Assembly (NCBI GenBank): GCA_050010755.1
Contig: JBEKKK010000001.1
Coordinates: 1,312,001 to 1,376,000 of the forward strand
Direction: 5' to 3'
Source: Candidatus Bathyarchaeia archaeon
GTDB taxonomy: Archaea; Thermoproteota; Bathyarchaeia; Bathyarchaeales; Bathycorpusculaceae
Length of the DNA: 64,000 nucleotides
The notes beneath the pieces were generated by a model. The model was not told the origin of the DNA. It searched no databases and was given only the letters and a program-made list of their open reading frames with translations. Below, one piece after another: positions 9,866 through 19,785 of the stretch. Positions within the stretch are counted from its first letter, which is position 1, and every line of letters starts with the position of its first letter. The position numbers and the translations under genes are program-made.

Positions 9866-10795
9866 GTGCTCTTGAGCAAACTCTTAGCTGGCGAACCTAG
9901 CGAAATCGAGCCCAGGTTCGACTCCAAACGAGGATATCGATACGAAATCGTTGAAACAATCGTGGGAGACGCTTCAAAGGCTGAAGCATTCTTAGAAAGA
10001 CTCTATGAAGCGGGAATACTGGCAAGAGAGCTTCATGACGAAGTCATTTTTTGCTCCAAATGTAATTCGGCTGGAATTTCAACGCGCTATTGCTGCCCGT
10101 ACTGCAAATCATTCAATATCAAAAAAAGTTCCTTGATTGAACACATCAAATGCGGATACATGGACGTAGAGGAAGACTTTCACAAAGGTGACAAGCTTAT
10201 CTGCCAGAAATGCCACGACGAACTGAAAAAACTCGACGTTGATTACAAGCGGGCGGGAACATGGTGCACCTGTAAGGAATGCGGCAAGAGCTTCGACATC
10301 CCCTTGGTCAAATTGTTCTGCAGAGACTGCCACAACGAATTCACATTTGAGGACGCAACAATCAAAGAGGTTTACAGATACTCTCTCAAAGAGGAGGCGA
10401 GAAGAGAAGCCGCTGAGGGTTGCGTTTTGATTCCGCCGATAAGCGAGTTCCTTGCAGAAAACGGCTTTGAAGTTAGAAGCCCCGCCTTTCTGAAGGGGAA
10501 GTCAGGAGCAAATCACGCGTTCGACATAGTTGCGTCGAGAAAAGAAAACGCTCAGAGCGTAACAGTGATTGATTTGGCCACGTCGACCGACAACGTGGTG
10601 TCAGAGCAGCCTGTAATTGCACTGTTCGCAAAGATATTTGACGTATCGCCCCACGCGGCCTATCTTATCGCAATTCCCAAGCTAAATGACGATGCAAAGA
10701 AAATGGCCGAATTGTACAATATTCACGCCATTGAGGGCAAGAATCAAAAAGAAGCAATGGATAGCTTAAAGGAAAAAATCACACAAGCAAAGTGA
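9866..10795 (+). CDS. TackOD1-like multi-Zn-finger protein with C-terminal restriction-endonuclease-like fold
   Basis: CSKC, CPYC, HIKC, CQKC, CKEC, CRDC; GKSGANHAFDI. Confidence 0.7.
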   Translation: MLLSKLLAGEPSEIEPRFDSKRGYRYEIVETIVGDASKAEAFLERLYEAGILARELHDEVIFCSKCNSAGISTRYCCPYCKSFNIKKSSLIEHIKCGYMDVEEDFHKGDKLICQKCHDELKKLDVDYKRAGTWCTCKECGKSFDIPLVKLFCRDCHNEFTFEDATIKEVYRYSLKEEARREAAEGCVLIPPISEFLAENGFEVRSPAFLKGKSGANHAFDIVASRKENAQSVTVIDLATSTDNVVSEQPVIALFAKIFDVSPHAAYLIAIPKLNDDAKKMAELYNIHAIEGKNQKEAMDSLKEKITQAK

Positions 10796-10914
10796 AGTCG
10801 TATGGATCAGGCGCAAGTCGAACGGCTTCAACCTTGATAATTCCTAACAAGAGTAAAGGAACAGAGAATTCTCGCTAAGTGAGTAAACCAACGCAGCATC
10901 GCAGTTCACAGTTT

Positions 10915-11793
10915 TCAGGATACGAAGATGATAGCGGCGATTATTAGGAAAGCTCCTGCGCCGGTAATCAATGTTAAGGTCTCGTTCAAGAAGATTGAGG
11001 AGATTGCCAATGCGACTAGCACTTCTGCCAGAAGAATGATGGTGGAGTTCACTGCGGAGATGTATTTCAGACCTTCAGACCAGAGGTAGTATGGAATGAC
11101 CCAGCAGAATATGGCGGTGTAGGATATGGCAAGCCACGCGTCAGGCGGCAAGTTGGAAGGGGAGCTGGTCGAAAAGAGGAGGCAGGGTATTAGGGGAAGC
11201 AGGGTTACGAAAATCACCCACGTTGTTGGCTGAATTATGTCTTTTACACCGGAGACCAGTCTTTTGTTGTAAACCGTAAAGAAGGCCCAAACGACTCCGG
11301 ACAGGAGAACAAGCAAATCGCCGACGATAGCTCCTTGGCCCAGCATTTGGAAATCGAGGTTCGTCGTTATCAAGAAAACCCCGGCGATTCCTAATATTAT
11401 TCCGAGCGCTCTCCTGTTTCCTAGACGTTCTTTCAGTATTAGCCAGCTCAGGATCGCAACCCATATCGCGCTCAGATTAACGAGCAACGAAGATTTTGAG
11501 GCCGAGGTAGAGTTCATTCCAACGTACTGGAACAGATAAGCAACTCCGTTAGCGATGCCCAAGAACCACACTATTCTGTTCTTCGCGAATTCGAAGCCGA
11601 AATTTCTCCTCATCAATAGTAAAAACAGCATTACGATTGAAGCTATGAGAAACCTCAAGAAAACGAACATGTAAGCGTCCACGTACCGTAGCCCGATTTT
11701 TATCGCTGGAAAAGAGGTGCCCCACAAAACGCTGGCGATGCCCGTAAGGATGATCGCCTTTATCTTCTTGTCACGGCCGCCTGAATCCTGCAA
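10915..11793 (-). CDS. DMT/EamA family transporter
   Basis: LWGTSFPAIKIGL, about 10 TM, GDLLVLLS. Confidence 0.9.
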   Translation of the reverse strand: MQDSGGRDKKIKAIILTGIASVLWGTSFPAIKIGLRYVDAYMFVFLRFLIASIVMLFLLLMRRNFGFEFAKNRIVWFLGIANGVAYLFQYVGMNSTSASKSSLLVNLSAIWVAILSWLILKERLGNRRALGIILGIAGVFLITTNLDFQMLGQGAIVGDLLVLLSGVVWAFFTVYNKRLVSGVKDIIQPTTWVIFVTLLPLIPCLLFSTSSPSNLPPDAWLAISYTAIFCWVIPYYLWSEGLKYISAVNSTIILLAEVLVALAISSIFLNETLTLITGAGAFLIIAAIIFVS

Positions 11794-11931
11794 GTATTAT
11801 TCCTTTCTTCCATCATGCGCACTGGTTCAAATAAATCTACTGAAGCAAAGAAAAACAAACGCAATAAGCTGGCGATAGGTCGGGCGCTTAAATATGACTT
11901 GGACGTTAAGACATGACGGTGGAAATTCAAA

Positions 11932-12213
11932 ATGGTCGGACCTACATTTTCTCTATCTGAAAAGTGGACCCAGTTTCTAAAACATCTGGCGGACGAGCAC
12001 GAAATTGATCTCAACGTCGCAATAGATGAACTGTTCGAATGGGCGTTATCAGATGATGAAGACAGAGAACAGTTCAGAGATTGGCTGGATGAAGCCTATC
12101 CGCCACCCGGGGAAGCTGAAGAGCAAGCAAAGGCTACCGGAGAAGAAGCCGCCGAGGAAGAAGAGGAAAACGAAGAAGAATCTGAAGAAGAATCCCACGA
12201 ACACCGAGACTAG
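11932..12213 (+). CDS. Highly acidic hypothetical protein
   Basis: Glu-rich tail; fills intergenic space. Confidence 0.65.
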   Translation: MVGPTFSLSEKWTQFLKHLADEHEIDLNVAIDELFEWALSDDEDREQFRDWLDEAYPPPGEAEEQAKATGEEAAEEEEENEEESEEESHEHRD

Positions 12214-12273
12214 TCTTAAAAGCTGCGTTCAAAGCTTAAAAGCTTCGCTTCTCAAACATAGCCGGAGAATTGC

Positions 12274-12774
12274 ATGAAGATTTTGGTCGTATATGACACG
12301 GGTTCTATCTCGCGAGGGGCTGGAGCTGCATCAGGAAACACGGCAAAAGTTGCCGGGACGATAAGTGAAGTTCTCAAAGAAAAGGGGTTTGACGTTGACT
12401 GTGTTTATGTCAAGGATGTTGACCCAGCAAGTGCGAGGAATTATGATTGTCTATTAGCCGGGTCGCCCACGCAGTGGCACAGGGCAACTGGGCCTATCAT
12501 GCAATTTCTTGGCAGATTGGCCAAAGCCGAGTTCACAGGAAAACTTGCCGCGGCATTTGACACGCAATTGCAGATTCCATTGAGCGGAAACGCGGGAAGA
12601 GGGATAGAGAAGAAGCTCCGAAAACTTGGTTTCAAGATAGTTGCGCCACCGTTGGTCACCTACGTCCAAGGCAAGAAGAACGTCGAAGGCAAGAATGAAA
12701 TCCAACTGAAAGAGGGAGAACTGGAGAAAGCTAAGAGCTGGGCAGAAGAAGTTGCCAAGGTTCTTCCCAAATAG
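12274..12774 (+). CDS. Flavodoxin-like protein
   Basis: KILVVYDT..GNTAKVA, GSPT, AAAFDT. Confidence 0.85.
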   Translation: MKILVVYDTGSISRGAGAASGNTAKVAGTISEVLKEKGFDVDCVYVKDVDPASARNYDCLLAGSPTQWHRATGPIMQFLGRLAKAEFTGKLAAAFDTQLQIPLSGNAGRGIEKKLRKLGFKIVAPPLVTYVQGKKNVEGKNEIQLKEGELEKAKSWAEEVAKVLPK

Positions 12775-13241
12775 AGCTTTAGGTTTGTCTCGCAAATAGC
12801 GTGCGCATATCCAAGATCTGAAGAGCTCAAACTTGCTTATCAGAAAGTGGTTTTCACGTAGCGCGCGCAATTCCTGGTGCCCCTCATCGGAATGCTGCTG
12901 TTCCTTTATTACGCACGGGCATGTTAAGACTGGCCTCCAAAACTCTGCACTTCTTCGACAAATGCAAGCGCGCTAAAGAGCTGGACTAAAAAACTTGGAA
13001 ATTACGACAAGAGGGCCACCGCCACTAACCGATATCTCCATGTTGAATGGGCGATAAGGAATCTTTTCGGCGAGCGTTCTCTCTGGGAACTTCTCGTCGA
13101 GGGAAGGGCAGACAGAGATGGAGTGTGTCTCGCGCGCACATGATGAACTAGCTCGACAAATCAAAACAGCAGGTTTGAAATTCGGTGCCGGGCAGTGTTG
13201 CGAAAAAAGCTTATTTTAGCAAAAGAGGGCGTAGTTGGGTT

Positions 13242-13420
13242 TGGTGGGGCCGGCCGGATTTGAACCGACGACCTACGGGTTTCTTCTCGGTATAACTGCT
13301 CCCGAATTTCTTCATTCCCTTTCGGGTCGGATTGTAATTGGGTAAACACATGGGCTACCTTGCGGTTTCTCATGGGTTGATTCTGGAGCCCGTCGTCATA
13401 CCTGCCTAGACTACGACCCC
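13242..13420 (-). tRNA. trnW: tRNA-Trp(CCA) with ~102-nt intron at 37/38 (about 13281-13382); CCA end encoded
   Basis: GGGGTCG/CGGCCCC acceptor stem, ACGGG-CTCCAG...A-CCCGT anticodon arm, GTTCAAATC T-loop. Confidence 0.95.
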
Positions 13421-13554
13421 CGAGAATTTCTTAAGAGGCTTTGGATATATGCGTTGTTCCTTCGACGGCCAGATTGCGTGGAAATATAACTTCGGATATG
13501 GGGTTTATACGAGGGAAGCGATAAGCTTATGAGTAGAAGATTGGCGTGTATGTT

Positions 13555-13680
13555 GGGGTTTGCCGGTCATAGGGCGTGGGTCCCACCTGATCCCATACCG
13601 AACTCAGAAGTTAAACCACGTTCCGTTTCCGGTTATAGTGTGGTCTTCGGCCATGTGAACCCGGGAAAGCTGGTAGCCCC
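13555..13680 (+). rRNA. rrf: 5S rRNA (stand-alone)
   Basis: CACCTGATCCCATACCGAACTCAGAAGTTAA signature; terminal GGGG/CCCC helix. Confidence 0.95.
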
Positions 13681-13764
13681 ACCTAATCAATCCTGCTGAT
13701 TTGGAGGAGAATTAGCTAAGGCTTATAACTAAGTGCTGATAGTGTTTTTGCAAAAGGTGAGTCC

Positions 13765-14907
13765 GTGAGTATAAACGTCGCTTTGATGGGCGTTCAGGTC
13801 AAGGTTGCACAGTTGTTCAATACGTCGGATTGGACGTGGGTTCTGAACATTGCGTTCTATGGGGTTTTCGTGGCTTTCATATTTTATGGTCAAAAGATCC
13901 AGATGTACGTGATGCTCAACGAAGTCGGTGGGTCGCTGTTCAGGCTGAAGTACATCAAGGAAGAAGGGCGAAAAATCGCTGTCGAAACTGTGAAGGAGAT
14001 TGGGAAGCCCCAGGCGGATCCTACCGACAAGATTGACAGATTCTTGGAGTACTTCACGATTGGGCCGCAGAGCCTTGACCCTGCGGGTGTTGTTTGGAAG
14101 CTCGAGCACATACTTGACGTGAGGGACACGCGTTTGAAGGATGAGGTGAAGCTGATGGCGCCAGCGTCGGATGAGACCCAAGTGAACAATCTAGAAAACA
14201 CGCTTGAGGCCGCCAGTGCACTCAACTTTATCTACAAAATTGTTCGTCACTATTACCTGCTTGGCAAGAAGACGAAGAACCTCTACGTGATATTGCAGAT
14301 ACAGATGATTCTGCCGCTCGTCATGCGGGAAGCAGAAGCTTATGCAAGCGCTCTAAAGGCGTTTGCGTACGGTCAACCCATCGGCGACGGGGCAGGCGCC
14401 CTCGTTGCCGCAAAACTCATGCACGGTTACGAAACGAGAAAAGTGGAGAAAGACTGCGTTGTCGCCTCCGTTCCCTTTGAAGGACGTACTGCGTTTGTTA
14501 TAAAGGCAGAAGGGCCGGGGGGAAACGTGGGAAAACCTGGAGACGCGATCAAGACGGTGATTGAAGAGAATGAAGGAAAAATCGCCATGGTGATCATGAT
14601 TGACGCGGCGCTCAAGCTTGAGGGAGAGGAGTTGGGAGAGGTGGCTGAAGGAGTGGGCGCAGCTATCGGTGGACCGGGCGTCGACCAGTACAAGATTGAA
14701 GACTCGCTGGTGAAGTATCACATTCCGATTAACGCTGTGATAATAAAAGAGGATGTCGGCGATGCGGTGTCGCCTCTCCGTAAGGAAGAGTTTGACGCGA
14801 CTGACAAAGCACTCGAAAGGGTGAAGCAGGTCGTGATGGAAAAGACGAAGGAAGGAGACAAAGTGATAATCGCCGGAATCGGAAACACCATCGGCATCGG
14901 ACAATAG
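13765..14907 (+). CDS. DUF1512 family protein
   Basis: PIGDGAG, KAEGPGGNVG, IDAALKLEGE, GIGNTIGIGQ. Confidence 0.85.
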   Translation: MSINVALMGVQVKVAQLFNTSDWTWVLNIAFYGVFVAFIFYGQKIQMYVMLNEVGGSLFRLKYIKEEGRKIAVETVKEIGKPQADPTDKIDRFLEYFTIGPQSLDPAGVVWKLEHILDVRDTRLKDEVKLMAPASDETQVNNLENTLEAASALNFIYKIVRHYYLLGKKTKNLYVILQIQMILPLVMREAEAYASALKAFAYGQPIGDGAGALVAAKLMHGYETRKVEKDCVVASVPFEGRTAFVIKAEGPGGNVGKPGDAIKTVIEENEGKIAMVIMIDAALKLEGEELGEVAEGVGAAIGGPGVDQYKIEDSLVKYHIPINAVIIKEDVGDAVSPLRKEEFDATDKALERVKQVVMEKTKEGDKVIIAGIGNTIGIGQ

Positions 14908-14919
14908 GAGGCAAGCGGA

Positions 14920-15351
14920 ATGAGCGGAAACCAGAATCAAACAACGAACAGGGTCTCTTCATTTGTGCTCATTGTCGTTTTCCTAACCCTAGCACTGTCG
15001 CTTGTGGCACTGATTTTCGGGGCAACCGTTCTTGCAGGATACGTCAACATCGGAAGCGACCTGACAAGCGCCTACATTCTGCTGGCCCTCGGCATCCTAG
15101 GAATAGCCATATCTGGATACGTGGTTGTCGAGGCGAGAAGAAGACTGATGAAACTGAAGGTCGCTGTTTCTCCAGTCATGACCACTCTCGAGTGCAAAAA
15201 ATGCGGTGTCAAGAACACCAGAGAATTCAAACGAGGCGACTATATTTTCAAGGAAACCGAAGACCCCTGCCAGAAATGCAACGACAAAATGCTGATAACG
15301 GCAATTTACAAGGAAGTCAAAGACAAGGAAAAGGAACATTTACAGTTCTAG
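14920..15351 (+). CDS. Membrane protein with C-terminal Zn ribbon
   Basis: 2 TM + CKKC...REFKRGDYIF...CQKC. Confidence 0.8.
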   Translation: MSGNQNQTTNRVSSFVLIVVFLTLALSLVALIFGATVLAGYVNIGSDLTSAYILLALGILGIAISGYVVVEARRRLMKLKVAVSPVMTTLECKKCGVKNTREFKRGDYIFKETEDPCQKCNDKMLITAIYKEVKDKEKEHLQF

Positions 15352-16256
15352 GTCAACACGTGACAACCATCCTCAACTATCATGACCGTGTGCTCCGCCT
15401 GAGCGACCGTTCTTCGACTTGCTTCGATGAATATAGGGTAGCGCATGAGAGCCTTCGAAGCCAAAAGCTCATCGAAAGCCTGTTTGTGCTGTTCTTTGGG
15501 CACTGCGCCCTGCAACCAGCGCTCGGCGAAGGGCAGAGTCCTGAAGTTTTCTTCAATGAATTTCAGAAGCCGTTTAGCATAGGGATCTCTTGGCGACCTC
15601 GACTTGACGAACCTGAAAATTGTAGACTCGCTCCCGTCTTCAACTCTTCCCGCTGCATCGGGCATCGTCACGAACGGCTCAATAGCGTAGACTCCGCCGA
15701 GTTTGAGTTTCGTGAAAGACAATTGGGACACATTCGGTATTGAAGTCCCAGTGTGCAGCACGTACCGGCCAACCTGGTGCCCAGTGAGGTTTGATATGGG
15801 TTTGAAGCCGCGGGATTTTATCGTCTTCTCGATCAACGCGCCGAGTGTTGAGGCAGAAATTCCCGGCCTAATGATATCCGTAGCAGCTTTCACTGCGCGC
15901 TCAGCGGTTGCCACGAGATCTTCATACTCACGGTTTAAACAAACTGTCACCGCCGTGTCGGTCACATAACCGTCCACGTGTGCGCCAATGTCCACCTTGA
16001 CAACCGAGTTCTCGGGGATCCGCTTCTTGTCGCCTGGTGGAGAAGTGTAGTGTGCCGCCACCTCGTTGATTGAAACGTTGCATGGAAAAGCCGGCTTTGC
16101 ACCCTTTTTCTTAATCAGCTCCTCTGCCTTCTCGCAGATGTCGATTATCATCATGCCTTCTCGGACGTAGCCCTTGATCTCCTCCCGTGCCTCCCGAAGA
16201 ATCCTTCCGGACAGCTTAAACTTCTCGACGGCATCCTTGTCAAATTCACCCATCAA
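15348..16256 (-). CDS. map: Type II methionine aminopeptidase
   Basis: AFPCNVSINEVAAHYT, KVDIGAHVDGYVTDTA, NLTGH, AIEPF, AQAEHT. Confidence 0.97.
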   Translation of the reverse strand: MMGEFDKDAVEKFKLSGRILREAREEIKGYVREGMMIIDICEKAEELIKKKGAKPAFPCNVSINEVAAHYTSPPGDKKRIPENSVVKVDIGAHVDGYVTDTAVTVCLNREYEDLVATAERAVKAATDIIRPGISASTLGALIEKTIKSRGFKPISNLTGHQVGRYVLHTGTSIPNVSQLSFTKLKLGGVYAIEPFVTMPDAAGRVEDGSESTIFRFVKSRSPRDPYAKRLLKFIEENFRTLPFAERWLQGAVPKEQHKQAFDELLASKALMRYPIFIEASRRTVAQAEHTVMIVEDGCHVLT

Positions 16257-16379
16257 ATTCCCAACCTTTCAAGACAGAGCAAAGACTGAACTTTCACAGC
16301 ATCCCTTTTTTTACACGCAGCTGACTTAAATGTTTAATCGGCGACTATTTGAACGCACCGAACTGGCCCCGTCCTCCAC

Positions 16380-16943
16380 CTAACCCTTGGATTCGACGAC
16401 TTTTGGCTCAAGAGTCGCATATTTGTCTCCTCCAAGATGAAAAATCATTTGCGCTTTTCCCAAGTCATACGAGTCTCCGAAGGCCCCTTTGTCAACTTGG
16501 GCGTTGACTATTTCTCCTAGGAATATCGTGTGATCTCCTGCAGTGAATTGGCTGTGAAGTTTACATTCAAGATGACCCACGCACTCTCGTATCAGCGGAG
16601 CCTTGACTTTCTTTGCCGGAAGCGCTGTCAAGCCTGTTTCTTTGAATTTGTCATGGTTTCTGCCGCTGGTCGTTCCGCAGAGTACGGTCTTGCCGAGCAG
16701 GTCCATCGTAGGTATGTTAACAACAAACTCTTTCGATTCCTCGATGAGGCCATGTGAGTGTCTCCGAGGTGAGACGCTTATGGCCACGAGGGGCGGGCTT
16801 GCCGAGGCGGGCATCGCCCACGCCAGGGTTATTATGTTGGATTTTCCGTTTTTTCCTACGCTCGTGACGAGCACCGTGTGCATTGGATGAAGAAGCCTGT
16901 AGCTTGAACTGATGTTGACTTCCACCTTTTCTTTCTCGAGCAT
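16380..16943 (-). CDS. Flavin reductase (flavoredoxin-like) family protein; start at MLEKEK
   Basis: NIITLAW, EFVVNIP, SGRNHDKF, GDHTIFLGE. Confidence 0.9.
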   Translation of the reverse strand: MLEKEKVEVNISSSYRLLHPMHTVLVTSVGKNGKSNIITLAWAMPASASPPLVAISVSPRRHSHGLIEESKEFVVNIPTMDLLGKTVLCGTTSGRNHDKFKETGLTALPAKKVKAPLIRECVGHLECKLHSQFTAGDHTIFLGEIVNAQVDKGAFGDSYDLGKAQMIFHLGGDKYATLEPKVVESKG

Positions 16944-16957
16944 GTGCCAAACGCACC

Positions 16958-18088
16958 TCAACGTTTCACGTGATACTTCTCTACTTTGTCTCTTGCTTTT
17001 TCCCTTTTCTTCTGGTGTTCGGCGAGAAAACGGTTGATCCGTTCGGTCAGATCTTTTTTGCACTCGCCGCACATTATTCCGCCGGTTCTGCACAGTCTCT
17101 CTCTTTCGCTGAGTTTTTTGTCGTCTTCCTCGAAGAGGTAGAGGAAGTACTGGTACACGGAGCAAACGTCTGGGTTCGCGCCTTCCTTCCTCTGTTCCGC
17201 AACGGTTGCCTTTCCGCCCGTGAAGGCTTTCCAGACCTTTCTCTTCACGACATCGGGCGAGTCGACGGTGAATATTGCCGTGTCTGGCTCGGACGCGCTC
17301 ATTTTTCCTCCTATTCCCAGTCCCGGCAGGAAGCGATTATGAATTTGCGCGGGTTTGTAGTAGCCGAGTTTTGATGCGATGTCTCGGGTGATTCTCCAGT
17401 AAGGATCTTGATCGATGGCGGCCGGGATGAGTGCGGGAACGTTTTCTCCAGTCAGTTTCTTGTGTATGAAGCAGGGAACCGCTTGTACGGCGGGCCAGAA
17501 CACCCAGCCGAGGTTCATGCTCTCTTGAAACCCGAAAGTGGCTTTGGCCGTTGAGTAGGTTATCCGTTTGGCCACTTCCAATGCGATGTCGTAGAGCAGG
17601 TCGATGTCTTGAACGTCGTAGATTATGAACGTCTTCTCCGGTTCAAAACCCAGCGCTACCAAGTCTAGGGCGTTGTCGTAGCCCAATTGGGTGGTTTCGG
17701 CGAGTTTGCGTTCGTCGTCCACAACAAACTTCTCGTCGTCGGTCATTTGAAAATAGAGCCTGGTGTCAAACGCATCCTGCAGGTGTTTCGTGAAGATCCA
17801 CGGGACGAGATGTCCTATGTGAACAGGACCTGATGGGCCTCGCCCAGTGTACAACACGAATTTTGTTCCCTTGTCGTACAAGTCCAAAACCGTGTCCAAG
17901 TCGCGGTGAGAAAAGAACAGTTTTCTTCGCAGCTGGAGATGAATTTCACCCGTGTAATGTGCCAACCTCTTCAGCAGTTCGTCGGTCAGCGGTTGGGTTC
18001 CAAACTCACGTATCAAACGGTCATAGTCAACCTCACCCCGAACTTCCCACGGGGTGACGACCATTTCATTTTTCTTCTCACCCGTCAA
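16958..18088 (-). CDS. trpS: Tryptophanyl-tRNA synthetase
   Basis: VTPWEV, TGRGPSGPVHIGH, IDQDPY, KMSAS. Confidence 0.97.
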   Translation of the reverse strand: MTGEKKNEMVVTPWEVRGEVDYDRLIREFGTQPLTDELLKRLAHYTGEIHLQLRRKLFFSHRDLDTVLDLYDKGTKFVLYTGRGPSGPVHIGHLVPWIFTKHLQDAFDTRLYFQMTDDEKFVVDDERKLAETTQLGYDNALDLVALGFEPEKTFIIYDVQDIDLLYDIALEVAKRITYSTAKATFGFQESMNLGWVFWPAVQAVPCFIHKKLTGENVPALIPAAIDQDPYWRITRDIASKLGYYKPAQIHNRFLPGLGIGGKMSASEPDTAIFTVDSPDVVKRKVWKAFTGGKATVAEQRKEGANPDVCSVYQYFLYLFEEDDKKLSERERLCRTGGIMCGECKKDLTERINRFLAEHQKKREKARDKVEKYHVKR

Positions 18089-18273
18089 ATTTCACGCCTA
18101 CCACGGTTCCCTATACATTTCAAAGAAAAGTATTAAGTCTTGTGCGACATGCGCTCATGCCTTTCAAATGAGGCACGGTGTGAATTGTACGCGTTCCAGA
18201 GTCAGGCTTTTATTAAAATATGAGCATTTACATTACAAAATCCAATCTATCTGGCTCAAAGGTGCGGAACAGC

Positions 18274-19785
18274 ATGGTTGACTTGAGAGAACACGAACGT
18301 CGGACGCTTTCAGCGTTGAGCAACTTCATTGGGGAGGCGAACGTTGAGCAACTCATTCAGAATAGCGGACTGTCGGATGCGGCTGTGATGCGTGCCGCCT
18401 TGGCACTGCAGGAAAAAGGACTTATAACGATTCATGAATGCAGAGAGACGTTGCTGAAGCTCAGCGCAGAGGGAAAGCTTCACGCTAATAAGGGCCTGCC
18501 GGAACGGCGTCTCATGAACGCTTTAGAGAACCTCGGCGGGAAAGCTGCTCGCAAGGATGCCTTTGAAAAGGCAGGTTTGGAAAAGCAATTCATGCCAATC
18601 GCGCTGGGGTGGGCTCAGAAGAAAAAATGGACGATGCTCGACTCGAAAGCTGACGTGTTGCAGGCTATCGTTAAACCGGCAGTGGGTGACGATGAGAGGC
18701 TGCTCAAGGTTCTTGCTGAAAAGGAAAACGTGACGGCGGAAGAGTTAGATGCTAAGCTTCAAGGTGCTGTGCAGGTTCTTAAAGGAAGGAAGCTTCTCGA
18801 CGTCGAGGGAAAGATACGGCGCGTTTTTGAATTGACGGCAGCCGGAAAGCAAGGCTTGAGGGAAAGAAAGAGTGAGGCTCCTGAAGTGACACAGTTGACG
18901 CAGGAGCTTATCGTCGGCGGCAAATGGAAGAGTGTGAAGCTTCAAAGATACAACGTGGAGGCATCGGTGGCTGAGACATGGCCCGGCAAGAAGCATCCCT
19001 ACACACAATTCTTGGAAGAAGTGAGAGAAAAGCTTGTTACCCTGGGATTCAGAGAAATGATCGGCACGGCAGTTGAAACGTCCTTCTTTAACTTCGACGC
19101 CCTCTACACGCCCCAGGACCATCCGGCCCGAGAAGCATCAGGCATTTACTTCGTCAAATCGCCAAAAGAAGGAAGCATAGACGTTCCCGCGAAAATCCTT
19201 GACAACGTGAGAAAGACTCATGAAAACGGCTGGAAAACAGGCTCCACAGGCTGGAAATACAAGTACTCGGAGAAAGAAGCCAAACGACTCATTCTGCGAG
19301 GACACGGAACATGCCTCAGTGCTAGAACGTTGCTGAGCAAAGACCTGCAGGTTCCGGGTAGATACTTCTCGTTTGCGCGATGCTACAGACCGGAAATAGT
19401 TGACAAGCTGCACCTGACAGAGTTCAATCAGGTTGAAGGCATAATCATTGAAAAGGATTTGACGTTGCGAGATCTGCTGGGTGTGCTGGGAAAATTTGCC
19501 ACCGAAATCGCGGGGGCAGACAAGGTTAGGTTCAGGCCGGACTACTTTCCCTTCACGGAACCGAGCGTTGAACTTGCCGCGTACAAGAAAGGTGTCGGAT
19601 GGATAGAGTTCGGCGGCTCAGGAATTTTCAGACCCGAAGTTACAATGCCCATGGGCATCAAGGAGCCAGTTATCGCTTGGGGTTTAGGCATCGACCGATT
19701 GTTCATGATGAGGGCCAAGGTCGAGGAGATACGATACATTTTCAGCCAAGACCTAGACTGGGTCAGAAGGAAGGCGGTGGTCTAG
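18274..19785 (+). CDS. pheS: Phenylalanyl-tRNA synthetase alpha subunit
   Basis: GKKHPY, NFDALYTPQDHPARE, YFPFTEPS, AWGLGIDR. Confidence 0.97.
   Translation: MVDLREHERRTLSALSNFIGEANVEQLIQNSGLSDAAVMRAALALQEKGLITIHECRETLLKLSAEGKLHANKGLPERRLMNALENLGGKAARKDAFEKAGLEKQFMPIALGWAQKKKWTMLDSKADVLQAIVKPAVGDDERLLKVLAEKENVTAEELDAKLQGAVQVLKGRKLLDVEGKIRRVFELTAAGKQGLRERKSEAPEVTQLTQELIVGGKWKSVKLQRYNVEASVAETWPGKKHPYTQFLEEVREKLVTLGFREMIGTAVETSFFNFDALYTPQDHPAREASGIYFVKSPKEGSIDVPAKILDNVRKTHENGWKTGSTGWKYKYSEKEAKRLILRGHGTCLSARTLLSKDLQVPGRYFSFARCYRPEIVDKLHLTEFNQVEGIIIEKDLTLRDLLGVLGKFATEIAGADKVRFRPDYFPFTEPSVELAAYKKGVGWIEFGGSGIFRPEVTMPMGIKEPVIAWGLGIDRLFMMRAKVEEIRYIFSQDLDWVRRKAVV

Noticed and set aside
12780-13241. 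Element integrated at tRNA-Trp
   Set aside because: Debris-like spacer with GCGCGC sites, but no duplicate of the tRNA 3' end and no adjacent integrase found
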